Shown here: positions 7,958-15,650 of the stretch, piece after piece
How the letters are laid out: each line of letters begins with the position of its first letter
Position numbering within the stretch: the stretch's first letter is position 1
Notes under the pieces: model-generated
Databases searched by the model: none
What the model saw: only the letters and a program-made list of their open reading frames with translations
What the model was told of the DNA's origin: nothing
Assembly: GCA_965370365.1 (NCBI GenBank)
Contig: CBDUSP010000002.1
Span: 1 to 54,578 of the forward strand
Reading direction: 5' to 3'
DNA length: 54,578 bases
Source of the DNA: an uncultured bacterium
GTDB taxonomy: Bacteria; Chlamydiota; Chlamydiia; Chlamydiales; SM23-39
Made by a program: the position numbers and the translations under genes

Positions 7958-9749
7958 TCCGAAAACCCTGTTCCTTTATCCGCAAGAACCTGGCGTCTAT
8001 CTAATGAAAGATAGCGCAGGCCTTGTTCTTTACATTGGAAAGGCAAAGAACCTGCGCGTGCGGATTAAACAATACTTCGTAAAGGGAAGGGACTCTCGCG
8101 AAATGGTCCCTTATCTTACAGCTCAAGTTGTCACAATTGACACGATCGTCGCGCTTACTGAAAAAGACGCCCTTATCTTAGAAAACACGCTTATTAAAAA
8201 GCATAAGCCAAAATACAATATTCTTTTGAAGGACGATAAGAGCTTCATTAGTCTGATCCTAACAAAGCACAAATGGCCGATGCTTCGCCTTGTTCGCTAT
8301 AAAACTGGGACAAAGCCAGAGGGAGCCTACTTTGGTCCTTATACAAACGCCCTTGCAGCAAGACAAACCTACGATCTTCTCCTAAAATTATTTCCTTTAA
8401 GACAATGCTCTGATAGTGAACTTGCCAATCGACTCAGACCCTGTCTCTTATATGATATTAAGCGCTGCATCGCCCCGTGCGTAAATCTTTGCACCGAAGA
8501 TGAGTATCAGAGTCATGTAAATTCTGTAGTTCGCCTGCTTAAAGGAAAAAACAAGGAAGTATTTCAAGAATTAGAAAAACAGATGCTCCATGCGGCAGAT
8601 CACCTCCAGTTTGAAAAGGCAGATGAGTTTAAACGACTCATTGCTCAGATTAAGCATGTCACGGAAGTAAAGCACATTGATAATCCAGAGGCCAAAGACG
8701 CAGATGCGCTTGGGATTTACCGCGAAGCGGATGCTGTTATGATTGCTCTTTTAATGTTTCGTGATGGGAAAGTCATTGGCTCTGAGCATTTTAGTTTTCA
8801 TTTCATCGCATCAGATGAATCTGAAATTTTATCTTCTTTCATCTTGCAACACTATAAGGAGCTCTCTTCGCTTCCAAAAGAAGTTCTCATCTCTCACCCC
8901 ATTGCAGAAAGTGAGATGCTTCAAGAAATTGTTAAGGTACCAGTTTTTCATCCGAAAAAAGGGAGAAAGCGCGACCTGACTGAGATGGCTTTTCGCAATG
9001 CAAAAGCGCTTTTTATCCGCGAGCAAGACAAACGCTCCTTAAAAGAAAAAATGCTCCTTGATCTTGCAGAAACTCTGCAATTGCGCTCTTTTCCAAGACG
9101 GGTTGAATGTTTTGATACATCGAACATTTCAGGGACTGATCCCGTTGCAAGCCTTGTCTCTTTCACACATGGAGAGCTCGATAAATCGCGCCTACGCCTG
9201 TTTAAAATCAGAGAAAAAGCTGATGACTATAGCGCCATGAAAGAAGTTTTAAGGCGCCACCTTCTACGCGAAAAAGAAAAGGGGGACTTTTGCGATCTTC
9301 TCATCGTCGATGGAGGAAAGGGACAGCTTGGGTGTGCACTAGAAGTTTTTGACGAGCTTGGCATTGTGTCTATTGATCTTATCGCACTTACAAAAGAAGA
9401 TGCGCGCCATGACAAAGGCCTTACCCAAGAAAAAATCTATATGCCCAATAGAAAAGATCCCATCTTGATCGACCCCAAATCCCCGATGCTCTTCTTTCTA
9501 CAAAAGGTAAGAGATGCGGCTCATAAACGAGCAATTGAATATCACAGAAAAAGGCGCTCTAAGAGGACGATATCAAGTGATCTCGATGATATCCCTGGGA
9601 TTGGGCCAATAAAGAAAAAGCGCCTTCTTAAAACGTTTGGGAGTGTGAAAGCAATTAAGGCAGCATCTCAAGAGGAACTTGAAAAAGTAGGAGGCCTATC
9701 CAAAAAAGATATCGAAAAGATTAGGGGGTATCTTCCACCAAGTAAATAA
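7947..9749 (+). CDS. uvrC: Excinuclease ABC subunit C
   Basis: GIY-YIG block GVYLMKDSAGLVLYIGKAKNLRVRIKQYF, a UVR-like FEKADEFKRLIAQIKH, and a C-terminal HhH (DDIPGIGPIKKKRLLKTFGS). The start is ambiguous between TTG at 7926 and ATG at 7947. Confidence 0.9.
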   Translation: MSFDPKTLFLYPQEPGVYLMKDSAGLVLYIGKAKNLRVRIKQYFVKGRDSREMVPYLTAQVVTIDTIVALTEKDALILENTLIKKHKPKYNILLKDDKSFISLILTKHKWPMLRLVRYKTGTKPEGAYFGPYTNALAARQTYDLLLKLFPLRQCSDSELANRLRPCLLYDIKRCIAPCVNLCTEDEYQSHVNSVVRLLKGKNKEVFQELEKQMLHAADHLQFEKADEFKRLIAQIKHVTEVKHIDNPEAKDADALGIYREADAVMIALLMFRDGKVIGSEHFSFHFIASDESEILSSFILQHYKELSSLPKEVLISHPIAESEMLQEIVKVPVFHPKKGRKRDLTEMAFRNAKALFIREQDKRSLKEKMLLDLAETLQLRSFPRRVECFDTSNISGTDPVASLVSFTHGELDKSRLRLFKIREKADDYSAMKEVLRRHLLREKEKGDFCDLLIVDGGKGQLGCALEVFDELGIVSIDLIALTKEDARHDKGLTQEKIYMPNRKDPILIDPKSPMLFFLQKVRDAAHKRAIEYHRKRRSKRTISSDLDDIPGIGPIKKKRLLKTFGSVKAIKAASQEELEKVGGLSKKDIEKIRGYLPPSK

Positions 9750-10755
9750 GCACCTTGCTCCCCCCATAGTTAGCAATGGCAAGATATTTGTAATCGCTAG
9801 AAAAAGAAAACCCATGAGGAAACGATAATTCTGCCTCAGGATTCTTCAATACAGTAGTGCGCTCTGTTGTTAACACTCCTGTATCTGCATTCATTTCATA
9901 AACAAACATACTATGACTCTCCTGATCTCCAACAAAAATGGATGTCCCATCCTTGTAGAAATGAATATCCTCAACACACACATTGTCTGGGGATACAGAA
10001 ACAAGTTCCAGATTCTCCTTAACAAAATCAAATTTATAGCTTGCAATTCTACCTTTGACTAGCGGTGACGCTGTCCTCATAATGTTCTTTGCAAATCCAA
10101 TCACGACAAAACGTCCATCAGGAGAAAAACTAGCCGCTTTGGGCTTCAGACCAACCATTGGATCATCTATGCACTGTATCTGTTCGAGCTGAATAGGATC
10201 TTTTTGAAGCACGCGATACATCATAACCCTCCCCGGATTGCCCGCTGCCAAACAAACACAGTATTGTGAATCCGGGGAAAATCTCACACCGTGCAACCCA
10301 CTCATCTTTTCATCTGTTAGAACAAATGACGGAACAGGAGAAATGGTATCTTCTTTGAGATTCGTTTCATAAAAATTTACCCGTGAATTTAGGAAATTAG
10401 GAACAACTAACCATTGCGCATTATTAAAAACAATAATATTTTCAGCACCTGAGACACAGAGACCATCTTCATTCTTCAAATATTGAATCGGCTCAAGTTT
10501 TCCCATTGGATCAAATCGAAAAAACTGGAAAGAATTATCCAAAAAATTTGCTGTAACCAACACCTGATCTTGCGGGAACCATGTAACTCCCGTGCATGTC
10601 GAATACCGAGATTGTACACCGACATAACACAGCTCTTCTTGAATCAACAATGAAGGATCTGTACAATGCTCTCCCCTCACAATAGGACAAGGAGATACAG
10701 AAACCGAAAACACCCATACAGGGAAAAACATCAAAATAAACCGCATCATAAACAC
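9721..10755 (-). CDS. Secreted beta-propeller protein (lactonase-like repeats)
   Basis: The signal-peptide-like N-terminus is MFMMRFILMFFPVWVFSVSVSPC. Blade motifs repeat: GVRFSPDSQYCV, ASFSPDGRFVVIGF, GFSFSSDYKYLAIANYGG. Confidence 0.5.
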   Translation of the reverse strand: MFMMRFILMFFPVWVFSVSVSPCPIVRGEHCTDPSLLIQEELCYVGVQSRYSTCTGVTWFPQDQVLVTANFLDNSFQFFRFDPMGKLEPIQYLKNEDGLCVSGAENIIVFNNAQWLVVPNFLNSRVNFYETNLKEDTISPVPSFVLTDEKMSGLHGVRFSPDSQYCVCLAAGNPGRVMMYRVLQKDPIQLEQIQCIDDPMVGLKPKAASFSPDGRFVVIGFAKNIMRTASPLVKGRIASYKFDFVKENLELVSVSPDNVCVEDIHFYKDGTSIFVGDQESHSMFVYEMNADTGVLTTERTTVLKNPEAELSFPHGFSFSSDYKYLAIANYGGSKVLIYLVEDTP

Positions 10756-10759
10756 CCTC

Positions 10760-11734
10760 TTATAAACTGTCTAATCCCATCTTTTCCTTCAAGGCAGGGA
10801 CAAATTGCAAAATAGTCTCATCGAGATCTAGATTTAAAATCATGGACCTCTGTCGAAGAACCGTTTCGTCGTCATACGTTCTTCGCGCATTTCTACTAGC
10901 AATTTTACATCTAGAGAAATACGATTCCGTACGCGTCCAATAGTGATGAATTCGCAGCCGATCGTACGAAGGCTTGCCCATCAGAAGCTCATTCAGAAGA
11001 CCACTCAATCGATTCCCATCGACATCTACAGCAAAGAATCCTTTCTTATAGTTGAATGTGTGCGCAGTCCGAGAGCTCTCCACATATTTCGGTTGCACAA
11101 TCGACTTCACCAAGCTATGTGAAAGATCGTCTTTAGGAGCGCAGCGGGTAAGATGTTCAATCATCAGAGAACCTTCAGGAAGAGACTCCACATATGAAGT
11201 CCCAAAATAGAGCCAATTCACACCCACTCCCCCATACTTTTTGTAATTTTGCAGAAAATCAGGCAAAGCCTGCCCCGTGAGACAAAAGAGAAATTCATCT
11301 ATATCAATCACTGCCAACCAACACGTCTTATCTCCGTATTTTTTGATGCAATCGGTATAAGCGCCCGTTTGAATGGCAATCCATGGCAAAGCATTCCCTT
11401 CGTTTACAGGCTGGTAAGTATATGGCCATTCGATTACGGTAACCTCATTCGATAAAATATAAGACTGCAACACATTTAAATAATCATCAGAACTATTGTT
11501 ATTATAAAGAAAAAAATGTTCCACGCCCTGTAATTTATGAAATTCTATCCATTCTTTCAAATAGGGAGCCTCGTCTTTAAAAATCGCGCAAATAGATAAC
11601 CGATACATTTCTTGTTGCCGCAAAGGACTGGGCATTTTGTCTGAGGATGGACTCGGGGAGGTGATATTTTGCACAAAAAGAACAACAGCAACAAATACTC
11701 CTGTAAAAAACATCATAAGTCGCAACACTCTCAT
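10760..11734 (-). CDS. Glycosyltransferase family 92 (DUF23-like) protein with an N-terminal TM anchor
   Basis: The block SICAIFKDEAPYLKEWIEFHKLQGVEHFFLYNNNSSDD and the motif AVIDIDEF (DxD-like) are present. The stop codon of this gene lies 4 nt before the start of the propeller gene, which suggests co-transcription. Confidence 0.55.
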   Translation of the reverse strand: MRVLRLMMFFTGVFVAVVLFVQNITSPSPSSDKMPSPLRQQEMYRLSICAIFKDEAPYLKEWIEFHKLQGVEHFFLYNNNSSDDYLNVLQSYILSNEVTVIEWPYTYQPVNEGNALPWIAIQTGAYTDCIKKYGDKTCWLAVIDIDEFLFCLTGQALPDFLQNYKKYGGVGVNWLYFGTSYVESLPEGSLMIEHLTRCAPKDDLSHSLVKSIVQPKYVESSRTAHTFNYKKGFFAVDVDGNRLSGLLNELLMGKPSYDRLRIHHYWTRTESYFSRCKIASRNARRTYDDETVLRQRSMILNLDLDETILQFVPALKEKMGLDSL

Positions 11735-11777
11735 TGAATCTCCTCTTTTTTGCTTGACACTTCAGCAACTCATTTTC

Positions 11778-11795
11778 CAGTTATTCAGTGTCTTC
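11778..11795. repeat. Solo terminal repeat of the 161-bp MITE family
   Basis: CAGTTATTCAGTGTCTTC matches the end of copy 3 (CAGTTATTCAGTGTCTCC) with one mismatch. It supplies the last codons and the TGA stop of the PRTase gene. Confidence 0.6.
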
Positions 11796-12405
11796 TTAAA
11801 ATAGAAAAAACTATCTCATCTGTCACTTGAGAAAACTCCTGATAGAATCTAGAAATACCCTGCAAGTCTTCTTCGACACTTGGACAAACAGCTTCATCTA
11901 CAAGTGCTTTGATTTTTTGCCAAGCATCTACAGCTGCTACGGGAACCGCTGCCACAATGGATCCCACCCCCTGTTTTTTGAGAGACTGAATCTCTGCGAG
12001 AAAAGTAGATCCCGTTGCAATTCCATCGTCGACAAGAAGAACTGTTTTTCCTTTCAAAGTTTCTAGAGGAAAGGATTTTCGGTAACGAGATAGAATCTCT
12101 TGCGCCTCTTGCTTCTTTTTTTCCACCTCTTCTTTAAGCAATGCGTGAGAAAGGGCAGCATCAGGGTTTAAAAAGACTTCGCCATTTTCTGCAACAGCTC
12201 CAATTGCAAACTCAGGATTCTCAGGAGCCCCAAGTTTGCGGGGGACAAGCACATTTAAAGGAAGAGAGAGTTCCTTGGCAATCTCGTGAGCAACAACCAC
12301 ACCGCCACGTGCAAGGCCGAGAACAATCGCATTCTCTTTCCCTTTATAAGCACTTAAATGGGAACTTAGGATCTCACCTGCATGTTTACGATTTTGAAAA
12401 ATCAT
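11785..12405 (-). CDS. Type I phosphoribosyltransferase (COG1926-like)
   Basis: PRPP-binding loop VLLVDDGIATGSTF. The N-terminus is FQNRKHAGEILSSHL...VLGLARGGVVVA. Confidence 0.75.
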   Translation of the reverse strand: MIFQNRKHAGEILSSHLSAYKGKENAIVLGLARGGVVVAHEIAKELSLPLNVLVPRKLGAPENPEFAIGAVAENGEVFLNPDAALSHALLKEEVEKKKQEAQEILSRYRKSFPLETLKGKTVLLVDDGIATGSTFLAEIQSLKKQGVGSIVAAVPVAAVDAWQKIKALVDEAVCPSVEEDLQGISRFYQEFSQVTDEIVFSILRRH

Positions 12406-12944
12406 GCGCCAAAATACCTCTCTCCAAAGTCCCCAAGACCCGGGACAATTTTGTTCGATGCATCGAGTCCCTTATCTATGTGAACTGGCTGGACTCGAAC
12501 TTTAGACGCTTTTTCTTCAATGTGAGAAAGCCCTTGAGGCGTTGCTAAAAAACAGATCAGAACAATTTGTGACTCTACAGCGCCTGCTTGCTTCAAGTTT
12601 TCAATAGCACAAACAGCCGTTCTCCCCGTTGCAACCATTGGATCGAGAAGGAAAATTGGATCTTTCTCATCAATTTTTGGAAGATTGGAAAAATATAGAT
12701 GCGGCTCTTGTGTTTTTTCATCCCGCTTGGTCCCGATGAGGCCAATTCGAGAATCGGGATATTTTTCCGAAAACTCTCTAAGAAGCGCAAGGCCTGAGCG
12801 AAGAATTGCCACTAAAACCGGCGGCCTTGAAAACACATGGGTACTTTCTGAGGCAAGAGTGGATGAGAGTTTATGAGAAAACTCCCGAAACTCTTTTATT
12901 CCTATCGTAGGATCTCGAAGAGTATCTATCACTTTAACCCCCAA
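12402..12944 (-). CDS. upp: Uracil phosphoribosyltransferase-family protein (short form)
   Basis: Motifs are AILRSGLALL, FLLDPMVATGRTAV and the C-terminal IVPGLGDFGERYFG. It is 180 aa against about 208 aa for canonical Upp. Its stop overlaps the downstream PRTase start by 4 nt. Confidence 0.7.
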   Translation of the reverse strand: MGVKVIDTLRDPTIGIKEFREFSHKLSSTLASESTHVFSRPPVLVAILRSGLALLREFSEKYPDSRIGLIGTKRDEKTQEPHLYFSNLPKIDEKDPIFLLDPMVATGRTAVCAIENLKQAGAVESQIVLICFLATPQGLSHIEEKASKVRVQPVHIDKGLDASNKIVPGLGDFGERYFGA

Positions 12945-13557
12945 ACTGCTTCACAAACCAAGTACGGCTAAGTATTGCGACTTGCTCAAGACACCCTTCC
13001 TCTTCAAAAAGATGGGTTGCCCCCGGAACAATTTCCATTTTCTTCTCACATGAAAGAAGCGCATACGCTTGCCTGTTCAAGGCAATCACTTCTGTATCAA
13101 GCTCCCCGACAATCAATAAAGTGGAAGCTTGAACTTTAGGAAGAGAAATACCCGCCAAATCAGGTCGCCCCCCTCTTGAGACAATCGCTTTGATTTTGTC
13201 CTGTCTTTGTGCCGCTGCAATGAGCGCAGCTGCGGCTCCCGTGCTTGCTCCAAAATATCCAAGAGATAATGTGTTTGTTTGAAGAGCCCAATCAGTAATC
13301 GGAACAAGTCTTTCCGCAAGCAACTCCATATTGAAACGAAGCTCACGCGTTTCTTCATCACTTTTCGCCTCTTCTTCTGTGAGAAGATCGACTAGAAGTG
13401 TAGCGACCCTGTTCTCATTTAAAACACCCGCAACAAGATTATTCCGAGGGCTAAAGCGAGAGCTCCCACTTCCATGGGCAAAGATCACAAGGCCAAGGGC
13501 ATCTTCCGGAATGAACAAATCCCCAAAAAGCTTGATTTTTCCTAGATCAATTTCCAT
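12934..13557 (-). CDS. Dienelactone-hydrolase-type alpha/beta hydrolase
   Basis: Motifs are VIFAHGSGSSRFSPRN, the nucleophile elbow GYFGASTGAAAAL, and the C-terminal GATHLFEE. It overlaps the upp-like start by 11 nt. Confidence 0.7.
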   Translation of the reverse strand: MEIDLGKIKLFGDLFIPEDALGLVIFAHGSGSSRFSPRNNLVAGVLNENRVATLLVDLLTEEEAKSDEETRELRFNMELLAERLVPITDWALQTNTLSLGYFGASTGAAAALIAAAQRQDKIKAIVSRGGRPDLAGISLPKVQASTLLIVGELDTEVIALNRQAYALLSCEKKMEIVPGATHLFEEEGCLEQVAILSRTWFVKQFGG

Positions 13558-13578
13558 TTATACCATTTATAAGTGGTA

Positions 13579-13983
13579 TTACACAGTCTCTAACGTTTCT
13601 TCTTCCTGGCTCTCTTCAACAGGTTTTGGAGAAATAAGTTCTTTAAAAACAACATGAACAGCTGAAACATCAAGCCCCGTCCAACAGGTGATTCCCTCTG
13701 AGAGCTTCGATTGAACTTCACTTGCTTTTTCAGGAATCGTAACCCCGTATGCAACATTGATCTCAACGCGAATACTTATCGCTTTTCCTGTCTGGTCCTC
13801 TTCAACATAAATCCCCTTAGCACGCTCAAGCTCTCCGCCTAAAAGTGACTCAAAAATGTTCCCCTCAATCAGGCCGATTCCCTCGATTTTTGACAAAATC
13901 TGGAGAACAATCCCTTCTAAAACACGGGGTTCAATATCGCGAACAAATACGGGGCTCGTCTCATTTTTCTTATGATCAGTCAT
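13579..13983 (-). CDS. Asp23/Gls24 (alkaline shock protein) family protein
   Basis: The sequence has the Asp23 pattern: GIVLQILSKIEGI...ISIRVEINVAYGVTIPEKASEVQSKLSEGITCWTGLDVSAVHVVF. Confidence 0.7.
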   Translation of the reverse strand: MTDHKKNETSPVFVRDIEPRVLEGIVLQILSKIEGIGLIEGNIFESLLGGELERAKGIYVEEDQTGKAISIRVEINVAYGVTIPEKASEVQSKLSEGITCWTGLDVSAVHVVFKELISPKPVEESQEEETLETV

Positions 13984-14036
13984 AACTTCCTCGTTTGAAA
14001 AAAATCATTCTACACCGGAGAGGAAATATATACAAA

Positions 14037-14438
14037 ATGTCTCTTGTTTGTATACTTGAGAATATGAGTCATGTCTCCCTGATACAAATCGTCAGCGCAG
14101 TTATTTTTGGAATGATTGCCGCCTACCTCGCCCATAGAAATAAAAAGAACCCTTACACCTGGTTTTTTGTCGGGTTCTTCTTTGGGCTACTCGGACTTTT
14201 CTTTTTGTTCTTCCTCCCCAAGATGAGGAGGAAACAGAAACAACCAGACCCAGGCCCCCTATTTCGGGGACCCTCGGATAAGCTCTGGTTTTATCTAGAC
14301 CCGACACATGAACAGGTGGGGCCTGTAAATGCGAAAGCAATCACAGAAGCCTTAAACCAAGGCACCATCTCTCAAAGTACCTACGTGTGGCATGAAGATT
14401 TAAGTGAATGGAAACGCGTTAAAGAGTTTATTCATTAA
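14037..14438 (+). CDS. Membrane protein with a C-terminal GYF_2 (DUF4339) domain
   Basis: Two hydrophobic segments are followed by WFYLDPTHEQVGPVNAKAITEALNQGTISQSTYVWHEDLSEWKRVKE. The ATG at 14037 is preferred over the TTG at 13995. Confidence 0.6.
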   Translation: MSLVCILENMSHVSLIQIVSAVIFGMIAAYLAHRNKKNPYTWFFVGFFFGLLGLFFLFFLPKMRRKQKQPDPGPLFRGPSDKLWFYLDPTHEQVGPVNAKAITEALNQGTISQSTYVWHEDLSEWKRVKEFIH

Positions 14439-14454
14439 AAAACAAACTCCAAAT

Positions 14455-14760
14455 CTACCAGCTGGCTTTTACAATACCGGGAATCAAGCCCTGGCTTGCC
14501 ATCTCGCGGAAGCAAAGACGGGAAGATTTGAACTTGCGCAAATATCCGCGGCAACGTCCTGTAAACTGGCAGCGATTTCTCAAGCGAATTTTTGAGCTAT
14601 TTTTTGGCATCTTATTGAGCGTGTCGACTGCAGCAAGACGCTCCTCAATTGGCTTTTTCATATCCAAAATGGCCGCTTTCAAACGGGCTCTTTTCTCAAA
14701 TCCGTTCTTTACGAGCTGTTCTCGTTTCTTTTGCTTTGCAACTGAAGATTTTTTTGACAT
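14455..14760 (-). CDS. rpsN: 30S ribosomal protein S14 (long form)
   Basis: 101 aa, ending in RNRCQFTGRCRGYLRKFKSSRLCFREMASQGLIPGIVKASW. Confidence 0.95.
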   Translation of the reverse strand: MSKKSSVAKQKKREQLVKNGFEKRARLKAAILDMKKPIEERLAAVDTLNKMPKNSSKIRLRNRCQFTGRCRGYLRKFKSSRLCFREMASQGLIPGIVKASW

Positions 14761-14772
14761 TCCTTACATTCC

Positions 14773-14910
14773 CTACTTTTTGCGCGCAGGGCCTTTTTGG
14801 CGCTGCTTGCGATTCGGATCTCTTTTGTTAATCACATAGACTCGGCCTCGGCGAACGACAATCTTATCGCCTTTCGATGGATCTGCCCTAATAGAAGCTG
14901 ATACTTTCAT
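14773..14910 (-). CDS. rpmJ: 50S ribosomal protein L36 (non-zinc type)
   Basis: This gene is not in the ORF track because it is under 60 aa. Hand translation gives [45 protein letters not shown]. Its stop lies 12 nt upstream of the rpsN start. Confidence 0.85.
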   Translation of the reverse strand: MKVSASIRADPSKGDKIVVRRGRVYVINKRDPNRKQRQKGPARKK

Positions 14911-14925
14911 GAACTCTACCTTTAC

Positions 14926-15086
14926 GGAGCCACTGATCAATTCATTCGCCAGCTATTCGGCCAAAATTCACCGAAAAAGCTAACTTTCGATCTACAATAA
15001 CTAACCCTAGTTTATTCCGATCTCCAAATTAACTTTTTCGGTGCTTTTGGCGCGAATCCCTGGCAAAGCAATGAATCAGTGTCTCC
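14926..15086 (+). mobile_element. 161-bp MITE-like element, copy 2
   Basis: The element runs from GGAGCCACTGATCAATTCATTCGCC to GGCAAAGCAATGAATCAGTGTCTCC. It lies between the divergent rpmJ and rpmH genes, and its left end is 15 nt from the rpmJ start codon. Confidence 0.85.
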
Positions 15087-15160
15087 TTTATATAAGGCCC
15101 CAAATCGTAGCATAAATTCTTATTTGGGATCAAGAACCTATTCCAACACTCTCATTTTTC

Positions 15161-15190
15161 TTGAAGTTTATCAGAGGGTCCAGGTATACT
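15161..15190 (+). promoter_or_regulatory. Candidate sigma70-type promoter for rpmH/rnpA
   Basis: TTGAAG (15161..15166), an 18-nt spacer, then TATACT (15185..15190), about 26 nt upstream of the ATG at 15216. Confidence 0.4.
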
Positions 15191-15215
15191 CGTCTTAAAA
15201 AAACATTAAGTTGAG

Positions 15216-15650
15216 ATGAGTTATGAAACGCACATACCACCCGAGCAAACTCAAAAGAGCTCGCAAATTCGGATTCCGCTCGCGGATGAAGACAGTCGGA
15301 GGTCGCAGGATCATCCGCAAACGCCGCAATCTCGGAAGAAAGCGCCTGGCCGGTTAAAAAAAAGATTTGAATTCTCAAGCGTAAAGAGACAAGGCGAGAA
15401 GCTCGTTGGCAAGTTCCTTTACATTGAGAAAAAAAAGGCAGATCGCCTCCGCTTCGGCATCACCGCATCTAAACGCTACGGCAACTCCCCAGAAAGAAAT
15501 CGATTTAAAAGACTGGTTCGGGAAGCCATCCGTCTTTCCTGGGACATCCTTCCCCAAGATATCGAAGTCAATGTTATCCCCCGCTCTTATGCAAAAAATG
15601 CAAAGATGGAAGATATTCAAAAAGAAATTCTCGAATTATGCAAAAGCTAA
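15216..15650 (+). CDS. rnpA: RNase P protein component with a 46-aa N-terminal extension that overlaps all of rpmH
   Basis: RnpA homology begins near residue 47 ([21 protein letters not shown]). The RNR motif is [16 protein letters not shown]. The only in-frame ATG/GTG/TTG upstream of the conserved region is the ATG at 15216. Confidence 0.7.
   Translation: MSYETHIPPEQTQKSSQIRIPLADEDSRRSQDHPQTPQSRKKAPGRLKKRFEFSSVKRQGEKLVGKFLYIEKKKADRLRFGITASKRYGNSPERNRFKRLVREAIRLSWDILPQDIEVNVIPRSYAKNAKMEDIQKEILELCKS
15223..15357 (+). CDS. rpmH: 50S ribosomal protein L34
   Basis: This gene is not in the ORF track. Hand translation gives [44 protein letters not shown]. Confidence 0.95.
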   Translation: MKRTYHPSKLKRARKFGFRSRMKTVGGRRIIRKRRNLGRKRLAG

